DNA from: Negativicutes bacterium
GTDB lineage: Bacteria; Bacillota; Negativicutes; JALHDB01
NCBI GenBank assembly: GCA_022840825.1
Contig: JALHDB010000001.1
Span: forward strand, 211,763 to 275,762
Length of the DNA: 64,000 nt
Direction: 5' to 3'
The position numbers were made by a program, and so were the translations under genes. A model generated the notes under the pieces. The model did no database searches, had not been told where the DNA came from, and was given only the letters and a program-made list of their open reading frames with translations. Positions within the stretch are counted from its first letter, which is position 1. Each line of letters opens with the position of its first letter. Positions 26,984 to 37,549 of the stretch are shown piece after piece.

Positions 26984-27517
26984 ATGAAGAATATCAGAGA
27001 TAATGAGGATGGAATAAGTTTAATTGAAATTGTTTGCGGTTTTGCAATTACCGGCATCATTATAATATTGTTGTCCAGGATTGTATTTAGTTGGGGGCAA
27101 GGCTGGTCAAGAGAGCTGGCCCGTATCAATTTGCAACAGAATATGCGCGTTGCGGTAGAACTTATCAGTAAAGATTTTCGTTACCAGGGTGGCCGGGTAA
27201 TATATCCTGCTCTTGGACAGAGTGGCGGTTATTTAGAATTCAGGAATTTTGAAAATTATCGTACATATCGATTTTATTCGGCAAGACCGACGGATTTCGT
27301 GAAAATACCGACTGTTTACCGTTGGGTAAAAGATGATAATAATCTAGTGCCGGGAGTAAACCAACTAACCGAACCGAGTAGGGTCGAGGTCAAGAAATTA
27401 GTTTTTTACCGCGAAGGACAATATTCCATCCGTTTGCAGATAGTATTGTCCGATTACCTTACCGGGGCCGAAACTCAAATCGAGACGGTGATAACTTGCT
27501 TAAACAAAACCGGATAA
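26984..27517 (+). CDS. prepilin-type minor pseudopilin (ComGF/GspJ-like)
   Basis: DG/ISLIEIVCGFAI N-terminal motif. Confidence 0.65.
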   Translation: MKNIRDNEDGISLIEIVCGFAITGIIIILLSRIVFSWGQGWSRELARINLQQNMRVAVELISKDFRYQGGRVIYPALGQSGGYLEFRNFENYRTYRFYSARPTDFVKIPTVYRWVKDDNNLVPGVNQLTEPSRVEVKKLVFYREGQYSIRLQIVLSDYLTGAETQIETVITCLNKTG

Positions 27518-28464
27518 TTGCACAGAACGGTTCAGCTTCAATATTAATTATTTTAGTAATGGTGCTATTATTATGTATGGGTAGGGCAATACTCCCCGTC
27601 TTACGTACTGAGAAGGAAATCAGCAGGGAATTTTGCGATGGTGTGGCCGCTCAATATTTAGCAGAAGCCGGAATTCAACGGGCAATTTATGAATTAAACA
27701 AAAATATATTATGGGCAGGAATCCCTTATCCGGGAGAAGAATTGAATAATGAACTTTGTATCGGACGATATCGTGTTGAGGCTATTCCCTCCAGTGATGT
27801 TGTATGGGTTCGAGCTATTGGCAGTGTTAACACTGCCGAACGGATTGTTTCTTTTGCGTATGTTTGGCCGCCTAAGTCGAATGCCTACCAATATACGTTG
27901 TTTTCCGGCGATAATTTAACGATAGTTGACGCCAACAGTATTCAGGGCATAACTGTCGGTAGCCGTAAGCAGACACAGGTGGGCGGTAATTTTATTGAAG
28001 TTTCATCTAATTTGCTTGACATTACAATACCTGTACTAAACTGTAGTGGATATCAGTTGAGTCCGTATCGCCCGCCGATTACAGCGGAAATCAATAAAGG
28101 AATTGGCTTGTCCGGAGTGGTATATTATTATGAATCAGCGCAAGAACTTCCCTGGGAGATTGAAAAGTATAAAACTTTAGCCGGCAATGGTGTAATTTAT
28201 AGCAAAAATAGTATTATTATCAATGAGGGTGTAAAAATGCCCGGACGTATTAGCCTCATTTCGGAAAGAAGTATTATTGTCGGAAAGGGCGCGGCAATTA
28301 ATAATGCGTTGTTACTTGCCCGGCAGAATATAGATATAAAAGAGAATGTTGTGTTTAGCGGTATAGCCATAGCAGGAGGAACGATGTCAATTGGCGGCGG
28401 GACATCAATAAAACGGAATGCAAATGCCGTAAACAGAATACAAACAAACTATACTTATAATTGA
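27496..28464 (+). CDS. minor pilin, ComGG/PilX/GspK-like (no Glu5)
   Basis: N-terminal hydrophobic segment NGSASILIILVMVLLL without a conserved Glu. 322 aa. Last pilin-like gene of the operon. Confidence 0.55.
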   Translation: MLKQNRIIAQNGSASILIILVMVLLLCMGRAILPVLRTEKEISREFCDGVAAQYLAEAGIQRAIYELNKNILWAGIPYPGEELNNELCIGRYRVEAIPSSDVVWVRAIGSVNTAERIVSFAYVWPPKSNAYQYTLFSGDNLTIVDANSIQGITVGSRKQTQVGGNFIEVSSNLLDITIPVLNCSGYQLSPYRPPITAEINKGIGLSGVVYYYESAQELPWEIEKYKTLAGNGVIYSKNSIIINEGVKMPGRISLISERSIIVGKGAAINNALLLARQNIDIKENVVFSGIAIAGGTMSIGGGTSIKRNANAVNRIQTNYTYN

Positions 28465-28481
28465 GCGGAGGAGAAGATTAA

Positions 28482-28757
28482 ATGTTTCTCAAGAATTATA
28501 TGGAAGATTTGGTCTGGGAACGGTTAGATGAAGTGATCAATGGACACGCGGGAGCATGTAACTGCCAACGCTGTCGGTATGACATTGCTGCATTGGCACT
28601 CAACTTTTTACCTACTCGTTATGTAGTGACTGAGAAAGGGGAGACTTATACTAAAGTACAGGCTTTAGAGCAGCAGTTTTATATTGATATTGTTAGTGCC
28701 ATCAGTAGGGCCATTACTATTGTTATCCATCATCCCCGCCATGAGCAAGAAGATTAG
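28482..28757 (+). CDS. comFB: ComFB family late-competence protein
   Basis: Four-Cys motif CNCQRCRYDIAALALNFLPTRYVV, characteristic of ComFB. 91 aa. Confidence 0.65.
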   Translation: MFLKNYMEDLVWERLDEVINGHAGACNCQRCRYDIAALALNFLPTRYVVTEKGETYTKVQALEQQFYIDIVSAISRAITIVIHHPRHEQED

Positions 28758-28763
28758 TAAATT

Positions 28764-28812
28764 AGAAAAGCAGTATCAACTAATAACGGATTAGTCGATA
28801 CTGCTTTTCTAA
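28764..28812. terminator. bidirectional terminator between the convergent comG-like operon and pilQ
   Basis: 14-nt arms agaaaagcagtatc / gatactgcttttct. Confidence 0.6.
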
Positions 28813-28824
28813 TTGTTGAAGATT

Positions 28825-30039
28825 CTAAGGCTCAATGATTTTTGCTGTTAAAAATATTACAACTTCGGTTTCAGTTTTCGAGTTACTTACATTGCGAAAC
28901 AAATTACCTAGAATTGGCAGTTGGCTTAAAAACGGAATCCTACTATTATTTTTTGATTCTTCACTGCCAATCAAGCCGCCAATTACTAATGTTTCACCGT
29001 TTTTCATTCTTACTTGTGTATCGGCTTGGCGGGTAGTGATCTTATAGTTCTTGATTTCTGATACTAAAGTTGGTGTACTGACTTCAGTATGTACTTTGGC
29101 CGAAATTAGACCGTCGGCGTTAATTCGCGGCGTATAAGAGAGTTTAATGCCGGCATCGACATATTCAGTGCTGTACGTGGAAACACCGTTTTCCTTTTTT
29201 TCGGTCAGGACCGGAATGTGGTCACCGATAAAAATTACTGCTTCTTTACCGTCGATAGTGGATATTTTGGGCTTAGCTAAAATTTTAGCATTGCCTTTAG
29301 CAACTAACGCGTTGATTTGGGCTTGATACAGAAATTCAAATGGTTTGCCATTGTAGCTGCCAAACTTGATCGAACCTTTAGTAGAGGAAGAGTCGGAGGT
29401 TGAAGAGGATGTATCGGAATCTGAATCAGTACTCTGCTGGGTAGGTGTTTTGTCCCACTCCCATTGGATACCCAAATCCTTGCTGGCTGATTTACTAATG
29501 GCTACGACCTGAGCTTCTAATGAAACTTGTTCATAAGGAACATCTAAGTTTTTCAAGGCTTCAGCCAGTTTATGCGCTTCGGAGTCAGTGCCGACAAAAA
29601 CCAAAGAATTAGTAGCATTGTCAACTTTTATCCGATCGTCAGGAATAATCAATACCAGCGATTTTTTAAGATCTTCAGCCTTGGCATATTTTAATTTTAT
29701 AACTTGTACTGTACCAAAACCTTTGGACATTTTTTCCGGCGACGAAACTACAATTACATTACTCACTACTTGATAAGTCAAGCCTTTGGTCTTAGTTACC
29801 AGGTCCAGCGCCGTCTCAAACGGGATATTTTTTAATTCGATAGTTATTTTACCAGTGACCGAGTCATCAGCAACAATACTGATTCTGCCCACCGCCGATA
29901 ATGCTGTTAATACATCGCGAACTTGAGCGTCCGTTACAGTCAGATTAACTAATTTTGCCGGTACCGCCGCTGCAACAGAATTGAACAGTAAGCCGGCGCA
30001 TATGCATAACGCTAGAATAAGATGTTTCTTGGCTCTCAT
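28825..30039 (-). CDS. pilQ: type IV pilus secretin (PilQ/GspD family)
   Basis: Signal peptide and an N-terminal secretin N domain. An S/T/D-rich linker follows. C-terminal secretin domain (LVIGGLI...IPFLSQLPILGNLFR). Confidence 0.85.
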   Translation of the reverse strand: MRAKKHLILALCICAGLLFNSVAAAVPAKLVNLTVTDAQVRDVLTALSAVGRISIVADDSVTGKITIELKNIPFETALDLVTKTKGLTYQVVSNVIVVSSPEKMSKGFGTVQVIKLKYAKAEDLKKSLVLIIPDDRIKVDNATNSLVFVGTDSEAHKLAEALKNLDVPYEQVSLEAQVVAISKSASKDLGIQWEWDKTPTQQSTDSDSDTSSSTSDSSSTKGSIKFGSYNGKPFEFLYQAQINALVAKGNAKILAKPKISTIDGKEAVIFIGDHIPVLTEKKENGVSTYSTEYVDAGIKLSYTPRINADGLISAKVHTEVSTPTLVSEIKNYKITTRQADTQVRMKNGETLVIGGLIGSEESKNNSRIPFLSQLPILGNLFRNVSNSKTETEVVIFLTAKIIEP

Positions 30040-30044
30040 TGTTA

Positions 30045-30530
30045 CTACCTCCTTAAGGGTAAGACCTGCCGGCCATTGGCACTGTATAATGTGACGGAGT
30101 TATCACTGATTGCAATGAGTTGATAAGGACCAATCTTATCTTGCAACCGGTGATAACGGCTTTTGCCGTTATATTCAAGTATTGCAACCCGGTAATTATT
30201 TGTTTTTACGATCCCGGTAAGAACAGGCAGACCTAGGTGTTCGTAACTAGCAGCCTTAGAACCACCTTGATAAGTCAATGGTCCGGATTGTTTGGTCAAT
30301 GTGCTAGGCATCTTAAACGGGTCCCGCATGATTTTGTTAGCTATATAGCCATTGGGCAGTAGCGGTTTATTATCGGCAGCAGCAACTATAGCCTTGGGTG
30401 GATTCGCCGGAACTGTTGCCGGAGGTATAACTGGCGATGTAGATTGTAAGTAGAATAAAATGCCAACTAAGAAAAGGAGCGTAAATAACAGGTATTTACT
30501 ATATTTTCGCGAAAAAAAAGATTTGAACAT
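30045..30530 (-). CDS. PilP-like pilus assembly protein (inner-membrane anchored)
   Basis: N-terminal TM and a Pro-rich linker. RDPF motif and C-terminal beta-domain. Sits immediately upstream of pilQ. Confidence 0.5.
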   Translation of the reverse strand: MFKSFFSRKYSKYLLFTLLFLVGILFYLQSTSPVIPPATVPANPPKAIVAAADNKPLLPNGYIANKIMRDPFKMPSTLTKQSGPLTYQGGSKAASYEHLGLPVLTGIVKTNNYRVAILEYNGKSRYHRLQDKIGPYQLIAISDNSVTLYSANGRQVLPLRR

Positions 30531-30929
30531 CTATATCTCTCCAATTGGCAAAATTACTGATATTTCTTGTTTATTTTCTACATTACGTAATATTATCCTC
30601 TATTTATGGTCGACAATTGTAAAAAACAATGAAGATATTGCGGTGGTAATTTGAAAGGGAATTTAAAACAGTGATGCGCCGGACTGCTGGCGAATCAAGG
30701 ATTTGGCTACCCGTTATTTGCGCAGTAAATATTCCGGCAATCTATCTGGAGGCTTATGATTTGTGGCAAGGATGGGAAAATTATGATAGACATCGTTGCT
30801 GCCGGTGAATGATTATGATGCAAAGGCAGGAAATTTGTCATTATTAAAGAAATTACAACTGCAAAGATATTAATAGTACAGACAAAAACATGAATTAATT
30901 CGGTTACTAATGATCTAAGTAATAAGGGG

Positions 30930-32615
30930 ATGATGACTATGCTGCCAAGGCGAAAAAGATTAGGCGATTTATTGATAGAAGCCGGCTTGATTCAAGAACA
31001 GCAACTGAACAAAGCACTGGAGGTCCAAAAAAGAACTGGGGAAAGATTAGGTAAAGTCCTAATTAACTTGGGCTATATTACTGAGGAAAGAATTATTGAG
31101 GTCTTGGAGTTTCAACTGGGTGTTCCGCATCTTGATTTGATGAGTCTTCATGTTCCCCGTGAAGTTGCCGCACTGATTCCGGTGTCGCTGGCTGAACGAT
31201 ATCAGGTAGTTCCCGTGCAAAAAGAAGGAAAGATAATCAAATTGGCGATGGTCGACCCGACTAATTATTATGCCATCGAAGATGTCCGGATGGTCACCGG
31301 CTGTGAGGTACAACCGGTGATAGCTTCGGAACGAAGTATAATGCAAATAATTAATCAATCGTTTGGGGTGCAGGATTTAGTAGATAAAGTAGTGGACAAG
31401 CTTCGGCCCGAAGATGTTGCACTTATATCAGAATTGGAAACGGCCGACGATGCGCCGATTATTAGTATTGTAAATTCAATTATTGCCCAGGCCGTCAAAA
31501 ACCGGGCCAGTGATATTCATATTGAGCCGCTGGATAAGTCATTGCGGATCCGTTTTCGAATCGATGGTGTTTTGCGCGAGATATCAACATTTCCTAAGCA
31601 TATTCACCCTGCTATTTTGTCGCGGATAAAAATTATGAGCAGTATGGACATCGCGGAAAAACGACTGCCGCAGGACGGACGGATCAAAATTCAAGAATTT
31701 GGTCGCGATATTGACATTCGTGTTTCAACATTGCCTACTATTACCGGTGAAAAAGTAGTTATGCGGATATTGGATAAACAGACGGTGATATTGAATGTTA
31801 CGGGATTAGGTGTCAGTAAAGCAAATCTGCCAAAATTCCGGCAACTGTATTCGCAGTCTTATGGAATGGTCTTGGTCACCGGACCAACCGGTTCAGGTAA
31901 GTCAACAACGCTTTACTCAGTATTAGCTGACGTAAATGCACCGGGTATGAATATTATTACGGTCGAAGATCCGGTTGAATATCGGTTGGAGGGAATTAAC
32001 CAAGTTCAAGTAAATCAAAAAGCCGGACTGACATTTGCCAATGGCTTGCGTTCCATCTTAAGGCAAGATCCCAATGTTATTATGGTCGGTGAGGTTCGGG
32101 ATACGGATACGGCCGACATTGCCATCCGGGCTGCTTTAACCGGTCATTTGGTTTTTACTACCTTACATACCAACGATGCCTCCGGGGCAGTAACCAGATT
32201 AGTTGATATGGGAGTCGAACCGTTTTTGGTCGCTTCGTCAGTATTGGGAGTTGTTGCCCAGCGATTAGTCCGAACGATTTGCAGCGATTGTAAACAAAAG
32301 TATTTCTTGCCGCCAGATGCACCGGAACGATTATTTTTAGGTGTGGAAAAAGATACGCAAATTGAATTATATCGCGGCACAGGCTGTCCGCGTTGTGATT
32401 ATACCGGCTATCGAGGACGGATGGCCATTCATGAAATTATGGTGGTTAGTCCTCAGTTAAGAGACGCAATTAATAAACGCCTTTCCAGTGATGAAATTAA
32501 AGTTATTGCCATGCAAGAGGGAATGACCACTATGAAGCAGGACGGTATTGATAAAGTTTTTCAAGGTTTAACTACTATCGAAGAAGTCATTCGCGTAGCG
32601 TATTCGGGACTGTAA
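30930..32615 (+). CDS. pilB: type IV pilus assembly ATPase (GspE family)
   Basis: N-terminal T2SE_N domain. Walker A GPTGSGKST. Tetracysteine CxxC...CxxC. Confidence 0.9.
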   Translation: MMTMLPRRKRLGDLLIEAGLIQEQQLNKALEVQKRTGERLGKVLINLGYITEERIIEVLEFQLGVPHLDLMSLHVPREVAALIPVSLAERYQVVPVQKEGKIIKLAMVDPTNYYAIEDVRMVTGCEVQPVIASERSIMQIINQSFGVQDLVDKVVDKLRPEDVALISELETADDAPIISIVNSIIAQAVKNRASDIHIEPLDKSLRIRFRIDGVLREISTFPKHIHPAILSRIKIMSSMDIAEKRLPQDGRIKIQEFGRDIDIRVSTLPTITGEKVVMRILDKQTVILNVTGLGVSKANLPKFRQLYSQSYGMVLVTGPTGSGKSTTLYSVLADVNAPGMNIITVEDPVEYRLEGINQVQVNQKAGLTFANGLRSILRQDPNVIMVGEVRDTDTADIAIRAALTGHLVFTTLHTNDASGAVTRLVDMGVEPFLVASSVLGVVAQRLVRTICSDCKQKYFLPPDAPERLFLGVEKDTQIELYRGTGCPRCDYTGYRGRMAIHEIMVVSPQLRDAINKRLSSDEIKVIAMQEGMTTMKQDGIDKVFQGLTTIEEVIRVAYSGL

Positions 32616-32628
32616 TGGGGGGGATACA

Positions 32629-33678
32629 GTGATAGAGGATCTACTTAAAGAAGCAGTTGACCGGAATGCTTCCGATATTCATATTACGGTAGGAGTACCG
32701 CCTGTTTTCCGTATTAACGGTATGCTGGTGCAAACAGACAGGCCTAAACTGGCTGTGCGCGATACGGAAAACATGCTGAATGCTTTGACCAATTCTGAGC
32801 AATTGCGTAAATTTCTTGATAACGGCGAACTGGACTTTTCTTATGCAATTCATGGATTAAGCCGTTTCAGAATTAATGCTTTTCGGCAACGGGGCACAAT
32901 TGCAATTGCCATCAGAACGGTAAATGAACAAGTACCGAATTTGGATCAGCTAGGCTTTCCGGATGTTGTTAAAACGTTAGCCCGCAAGCCACGGGGGCTG
33001 GTACTGATAACCGGGCCGACCGGCAGCGGAAAATCGACTACTATGGCGGCGATGATCGATTTGATAAATCAGGAAAAGTTTTGTCATATCATTACGCTGG
33101 AGGACCCCATAGAGTATCTGCATAAGCACCACAAAAGCATAATCAATCAACGGGAGATCAATGCTGACAGCAAATCTTTTGCCAATGCGTTGCGGGCGTC
33201 ATTACGGGAAGATCCGGATGTAATATTGGTGGGAGAAATGCGGGACATGGAAACTATCGGCATTGCTATTACGGCAGCCGAGACCGGGCATTTAGTGCTG
33301 GCAACATTGCATACCCAGGATTGTGCGCAGACAATTGACCGGATTATCGATGTATTTCCGCCTTATCAGCAGCAGCAGGTCCGGATTCAGTTATCCTTGA
33401 CCTTACAGGGTATAGTTGCCCAGCAATTGCTTCCCCGCAAAGATGAAAGCAACCGGGTTGCCGCTTTAGAGATATTGGTAGCAACACCGGCAATACGCAA
33501 TCTTATTCGCGAAGGCAAAACCCACCAAATCTTGTCGGTGATTCAGACCGGCAGTAAGTATGGTATGCAGTCAATGGATATGGCGTTGCGTGATTTATAC
33601 CGAACCGGAACTATTTCTTACGAGGATGCCGTAGCCCGGGCAATGGATTATGAGACCTTTGTGCGACTAATGCATTAG
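32629..33678 (+). CDS. pilT: twitching motility retraction ATPase
   Basis: ASDIHI, GPTGSGKST and AIRNLIREGK (PilT signature). Confidence 0.9.
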   Translation: MIEDLLKEAVDRNASDIHITVGVPPVFRINGMLVQTDRPKLAVRDTENMLNALTNSEQLRKFLDNGELDFSYAIHGLSRFRINAFRQRGTIAIAIRTVNEQVPNLDQLGFPDVVKTLARKPRGLVLITGPTGSGKSTTMAAMIDLINQEKFCHIITLEDPIEYLHKHHKSIINQREINADSKSFANALRASLREDPDVILVGEMRDMETIGIAITAAETGHLVLATLHTQDCAQTIDRIIDVFPPYQQQQVRIQLSLTLQGIVAQQLLPRKDESNRVAALEILVATPAIRNLIREGKTHQILSVIQTGSKYGMQSMDMALRDLYRTGTISYEDAVARAMDYETFVRLMH

Positions 33679-33732
33679 CTTTGAGCAGCGTGAATGGCCA
33701 GCAAGCAAACGATTAGACGGGGGAATGTGTAA

Positions 33733-34956
33733 ATGCCAACAACTTATCAATATACTGTCCGTGATAGGGCCGGGCAGGTATCTTCCGGCTCGGTTGTAGC
33801 GGAAAATCCTCCGGCCGCGGCAGCCTTTTTGCGGGACAAGGGCTATTATGTTACTTCGATCAAACAGGCCAAACAACAACAAACCACCCTTGCGCAGGCA
33901 TTTGAGCAATTGCAGCAAATATCCGCTAAGGATTTGGCGATTTTCTGCCGGCAGTTTGCCACCATGGTTGATGCCGGGTTGCCGCTGGTTTCTTGTCTGA
34001 ATGTATTAATAGAGCAAACTCAAAAGGCTAAATTAAAGGATGCCCTGCAAGGTGTGTATAAGAAGGTGCAGGAAGGAGAATCGTTAGCCGGCGCTTTGCA
34101 AAGCTACAGCTCGGTTTTTCCTAAAATTATGGTCAGCATGATTGATGCCGGTGAAGTAGGCGGAGTATTGGATGTCGTATTGAACCGGCTGGCTATTCAT
34201 TTTGAAAAAGAGCACAAAGTGAATGAAAAAGTTAAATCAGCGATGGTCTATCCGGCGGTAGTAATATTTATGGCTGCCTTGTCGGTGAGTTTTATTTTGG
34301 TGTTTGTGTTGCCGACATTTTTAAAACTGTTTGATAACATGAAAATCCAATTGCCGCTGCCGACCAGAATTCTATTGTCATTCAGCGATATTCTTAAAAA
34401 TTATTGGTTTATTGGTATTCTCGCTATAATTGCCGCCGTCGTAGGCTGGAATTATCTTATGCGGCGCAAACAATACCAGTCAATTAGAGATCGCTTTCTT
34501 CTGCAAGTTCCGGTTTTCGGCGATTTATTCCGCAAAATCGCGGTGGCTAGGTTTAGCCGGACCTTCGGTACGTTGGTACAAAGCGGGGTACCGATTATTT
34601 CGGCGTTGGATGTAGTTAAGCAGACGGCCGGCAACATTAATATTGAGGAGGCATTAGAACGGGCGCAAAAAAGCGTGACTGAAGGCGCGCGGCTGGCAGT
34701 TACACTGGCCGGCAGCAAAGTGTTTACCCCGATGGTTATTCAAATGATTGCTATTGGGGAGGAAAGCGGTCAGTTGGATAAAATGCTGGAAAAAATCGCC
34801 GAATTTTATGAAAACGAAGTAGACGAAACCGTCGGTCGCCTGAGTACGCTGATGGAACCGTTTTTGATTGCCATATTAGGTATAGTTATTGGTCTTATTG
34901 TTATTTCAATTGCTTTGCCGTTATTTGATGTTGTAACAAATTTCGGCAGAATTTGA
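33733..34956 (+). CDS. pilC: type IV pilus platform protein GspF/PilC, copy 2
   Basis: 407 aa. Paralogous to 24495..25715. Two GspF repeats. Confidence 0.9.
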   Translation: MPTTYQYTVRDRAGQVSSGSVVAENPPAAAAFLRDKGYYVTSIKQAKQQQTTLAQAFEQLQQISAKDLAIFCRQFATMVDAGLPLVSCLNVLIEQTQKAKLKDALQGVYKKVQEGESLAGALQSYSSVFPKIMVSMIDAGEVGGVLDVVLNRLAIHFEKEHKVNEKVKSAMVYPAVVIFMAALSVSFILVFVLPTFLKLFDNMKIQLPLPTRILLSFSDILKNYWFIGILAIIAAVVGWNYLMRRKQYQSIRDRFLLQVPVFGDLFRKIAVARFSRTFGTLVQSGVPIISALDVVKQTAGNINIEEALERAQKSVTEGARLAVTLAGSKVFTPMVIQMIAIGEESGQLDKMLEKIAEFYENEVDETVGRLSTLMEPFLIAILGIVIGLIVISIALPLFDVVTNFGRI

Positions 34957-34995
34957 TAATGATTTAATTTTAATATAAATTTTCTGTAAAAAATA

Positions 34996-35025
34996 TTTAC
35001 TAAATGACTATTTGCAGTATATAAT
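34996..35025 (+). promoter_or_regulatory. candidate promoter for pilA (TTTACT-18-TATAAT)
   Basis: Hexamers upstream of the strong GAGGAGG RBS of the pilin gene. Confidence 0.35.
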
Positions 35026-35094
35026 TTGAGTAAATAGAAAAATATGTATGTTTAATGAAATTATATTATTTAAGGTTAGAGGAGGAAGTTAATC

Positions 35095-35493
35095 ATGTTG
35101 AGAAATATTAGACAACAGCTGCAAAAGCAGCAAGGTTTCACATTAGTTGAACTGGTGGTCGTAATCGCCATTATTGGTATTTTAGCAGCAATTGCTGTAC
35201 CGAAATTTACCAGTGCGACTGATTCTGCAAAAGGGGCAAAAGTTCAAGCCGATTTAAGAACCGTTGACAGTGCTATAGCATTAGTTATTGCGGAGACAGG
35301 AAGTACTCCCAGCGACGGTGAATTAAGTGCGAATGCTACTGTATTAGCAAAATTATCGACAACTTCAATTGCGCCGGCAACGACCTTTAAAGTAGGCGCA
35401 ACCAATTATACCTGTGATGGAAAGTACTACATAAATAGTGGAAGAGCTGCGGTTAAAATTGAAACAGATTATAAAACAGTTGAGCAGCTCTAA
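35095..35493 (+). CDS. pilA: type IV major pilin
   Basis: Class III signal QQG/FTLVELVVVIAIIGILAAIAVP. Confidence 0.85.
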   Translation: MLRNIRQQLQKQQGFTLVELVVVIAIIGILAAIAVPKFTSATDSAKGAKVQADLRTVDSAIALVIAETGSTPSDGELSANATVLAKLSTTSIAPATTFKVGATNYTCDGKYYINSGRAAVKIETDYKTVEQL

Positions 35494-35530
35494 TATTCAA
35501 ATACTTTAAAACACTATTTTAAAAGTTAGT

Positions 35531-35566
35531 AAAACCAAGAGGTCAATTGGCTTCTTGGTTTATTTG
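35531..35566 (+). terminator. terminator/attenuator hairpin after pilA
   Basis: aaccaagagg...cttcttggtt stem followed by a tatttg tract. Confidence 0.5.
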
Positions 35567-35585
35567 TAATATATACCGACTATAG

Positions 35586-36347
35586 ATGGGAAGTACAATT
35601 ATGATTGAGTTGTTGCTAGGGACAATTGGTTTAGTTATCGGTAGTTTTTTAAATGTTTGCATTTACCGGCTGCCGCTGGGTATGTCGGTCGTTAGGCCGC
35701 CATCCCATTGTCCGGCTTGCAAGAGCAGATTAACCGCCTGGGATTTAGTGCCGGTTGTCAGCTATATTTTTTTACAAGGCCAGTGCCGTCATTGCCAGGC
35801 TAAGATTTCCGGCCGGTATGCCATGGTGGAACTGCTTACGGCTGTAATATTTTTAATTTGTCTGCGAACATTAGGTTTAACTGATTTTCTGCCGGCGGCA
35901 TTGATATTTGCCTGCTTTATGATTGTAATTACGTTTATCGATTATGACCATCAGCTCATTCTTGATTCAGTGCTGATTCCCTTGGCGGTTACCGGACTGA
36001 TTGTTAATAGTTGGCTGCATTCACTTGGTTTGGCGGACATGCTGATCGGCAGCTTAGCCGGCGGCGGTTTGCTGCTGGTCCTTGCTATTGCCAGCCGGGG
36101 CGGTATGGGCGGCGGCGACATTAAATTTGCGGCGGCTCTCGGTATTTGGCTGGGTTGGAAATTAACCTTGGTTGCACTGCTGCTAGCGTTCATCATGGGC
36201 GGATTCGGCAGCATGCTGCTAATGATTTTAAAATTAAAGAAACGTAAAGATATGATACCGTTTGGCCCGTTTATTGCCATTGGTGCCTTTATCTCACTAT
36301 TATACGGTAACCAAATTCTCGTTTGGTATTTACGCAGCTTTTTATAA
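35586..36347 (+). CDS. pilD: prepilin peptidase (A24 family)
   Basis: N-terminal CPACKSRL...CRHC zinc knuckle. 8-TM with catalytic Asp motifs. Confidence 0.9.
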   Translation: MGSTIMIELLLGTIGLVIGSFLNVCIYRLPLGMSVVRPPSHCPACKSRLTAWDLVPVVSYIFLQGQCRHCQAKISGRYAMVELLTAVIFLICLRTLGLTDFLPAALIFACFMIVITFIDYDHQLILDSVLIPLAVTGLIVNSWLHSLGLADMLIGSLAGGGLLLVLAIASRGGMGGGDIKFAAALGIWLGWKLTLVALLLAFIMGGFGSMLLMILKLKKRKDMIPFGPFIAIGAFISLLYGNQILVWYLRSFL

Positions 36348-36448
36348 TATGATATTTTTTTTCACAGGATATTGGTCAATATGGTAAATACTGCAGGAGC
36401 AGCCCGGATTTTGTTGAATAATTAAATACAATCGAAGATAATTGCAGT

Positions 36449-37549
36449 TTGGCCAATTTTAAGATGCAAGGAGATATCTTAATGTTAAGGTTTATAAACA
36501 GTTTTTTTCCCCGTGATCCGAAAATTTTATTAGGCATTGATATTGGGGCCACTGAAATAAAGATTGCCGAAGTTGTCAACAGCAAACAGCCGGTTTTAAA
36601 TAATATTGCCAGTTTAGACTATTCATTTGATGTAACAATCGAACATGATTCGGCTGAACTGACCGATTTGGGCGGACAACTGCGCCGTCTGCTTAACATT
36701 AATGGATTTTCTGCCAAACATGCTGTATTTGCGGTTGGCGGACGTCATGTTTTTGTACGGGAAGTAGAAGTTCCGTTTATGACCGATACGGAGTTAAAAG
36801 AAGCTGTTAAATGGGATATAGAAAGATATGTGCCTTATGAAACAGATGCTTATTACTATGATTTTTCGGTAGTTGGGCCGGGTAAGACGGATATGCAATT
36901 GAAGCTATTGCTGGTGGCTTCGCCTAAAGCTGTTATTGACCATATAGCTGCACTGGCTAAGAGTGCCGGAATCCGGCCGGTAGCCATCGAAATAGAGTCG
37001 GCGGCATTGGCCCGGACGATGGTAACCGGCAGTAAGCAAATACTGGTTGCTGATATTGGCTATGATTATTCGCAGTTAACCGTATTTAGAAAAGATATAC
37101 CGACGGTAATTCGTTCAGTACCTATCGGCGGTAAGCATTTTACTAAAGCGGTGGCGAATTCCTTAAATTTAGACATGGAAGAAGCCGAACGGCTGAAGAC
37201 TCGCCAGCAAGGACTGTTGCAGCGGGATATTACGTCGGAAACTTCAGAACTGCATAATCAACTGCACATGATTGTTGCCGAATTTGCTACTGAAATTCGC
37301 CGTACAGCAGAGTTTTATCAACTGCAAAATCAGGACGCCGTAGTTGAATCAATAATATTAACCGGCGGCGGGTCCGGCTTGGATAATCTGATTCCTAATT
37401 TAATCGGTCAATTAGGTCCGAATATCCAGCTGCATAATCCGTTGATTGGTTTCAAGGGAATTGACCGCTTTGATGAAATATATCTTGCTCAAAACGCCGC
37501 CCGTTTTGCGGTTGCCGTAGGATTGGCGTTGCGTGGAGGTGAAAAATAA
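36449..37549 (+). CDS. pilM: type IV pilus assembly protein PilM (actin-like ATPase fold)
   Basis: LGIDIGATEIKIAE N-terminal motif. ~350 aa. Confidence 0.85.
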   Translation: MANFKMQGDILMLRFINSFFPRDPKILLGIDIGATEIKIAEVVNSKQPVLNNIASLDYSFDVTIEHDSAELTDLGGQLRRLLNINGFSAKHAVFAVGGRHVFVREVEVPFMTDTELKEAVKWDIERYVPYETDAYYYDFSVVGPGKTDMQLKLLLVASPKAVIDHIAALAKSAGIRPVAIEIESAALARTMVTGSKQILVADIGYDYSQLTVFRKDIPTVIRSVPIGGKHFTKAVANSLNLDMEEAERLKTRQQGLLQRDITSETSELHNQLHMIVAEFATEIRRTAEFYQLQNQDAVVESIILTGGGSGLDNLIPNLIGQLGPNIQLHNPLIGFKGIDRFDEIYLAQNAARFAVAVGLALRGGEK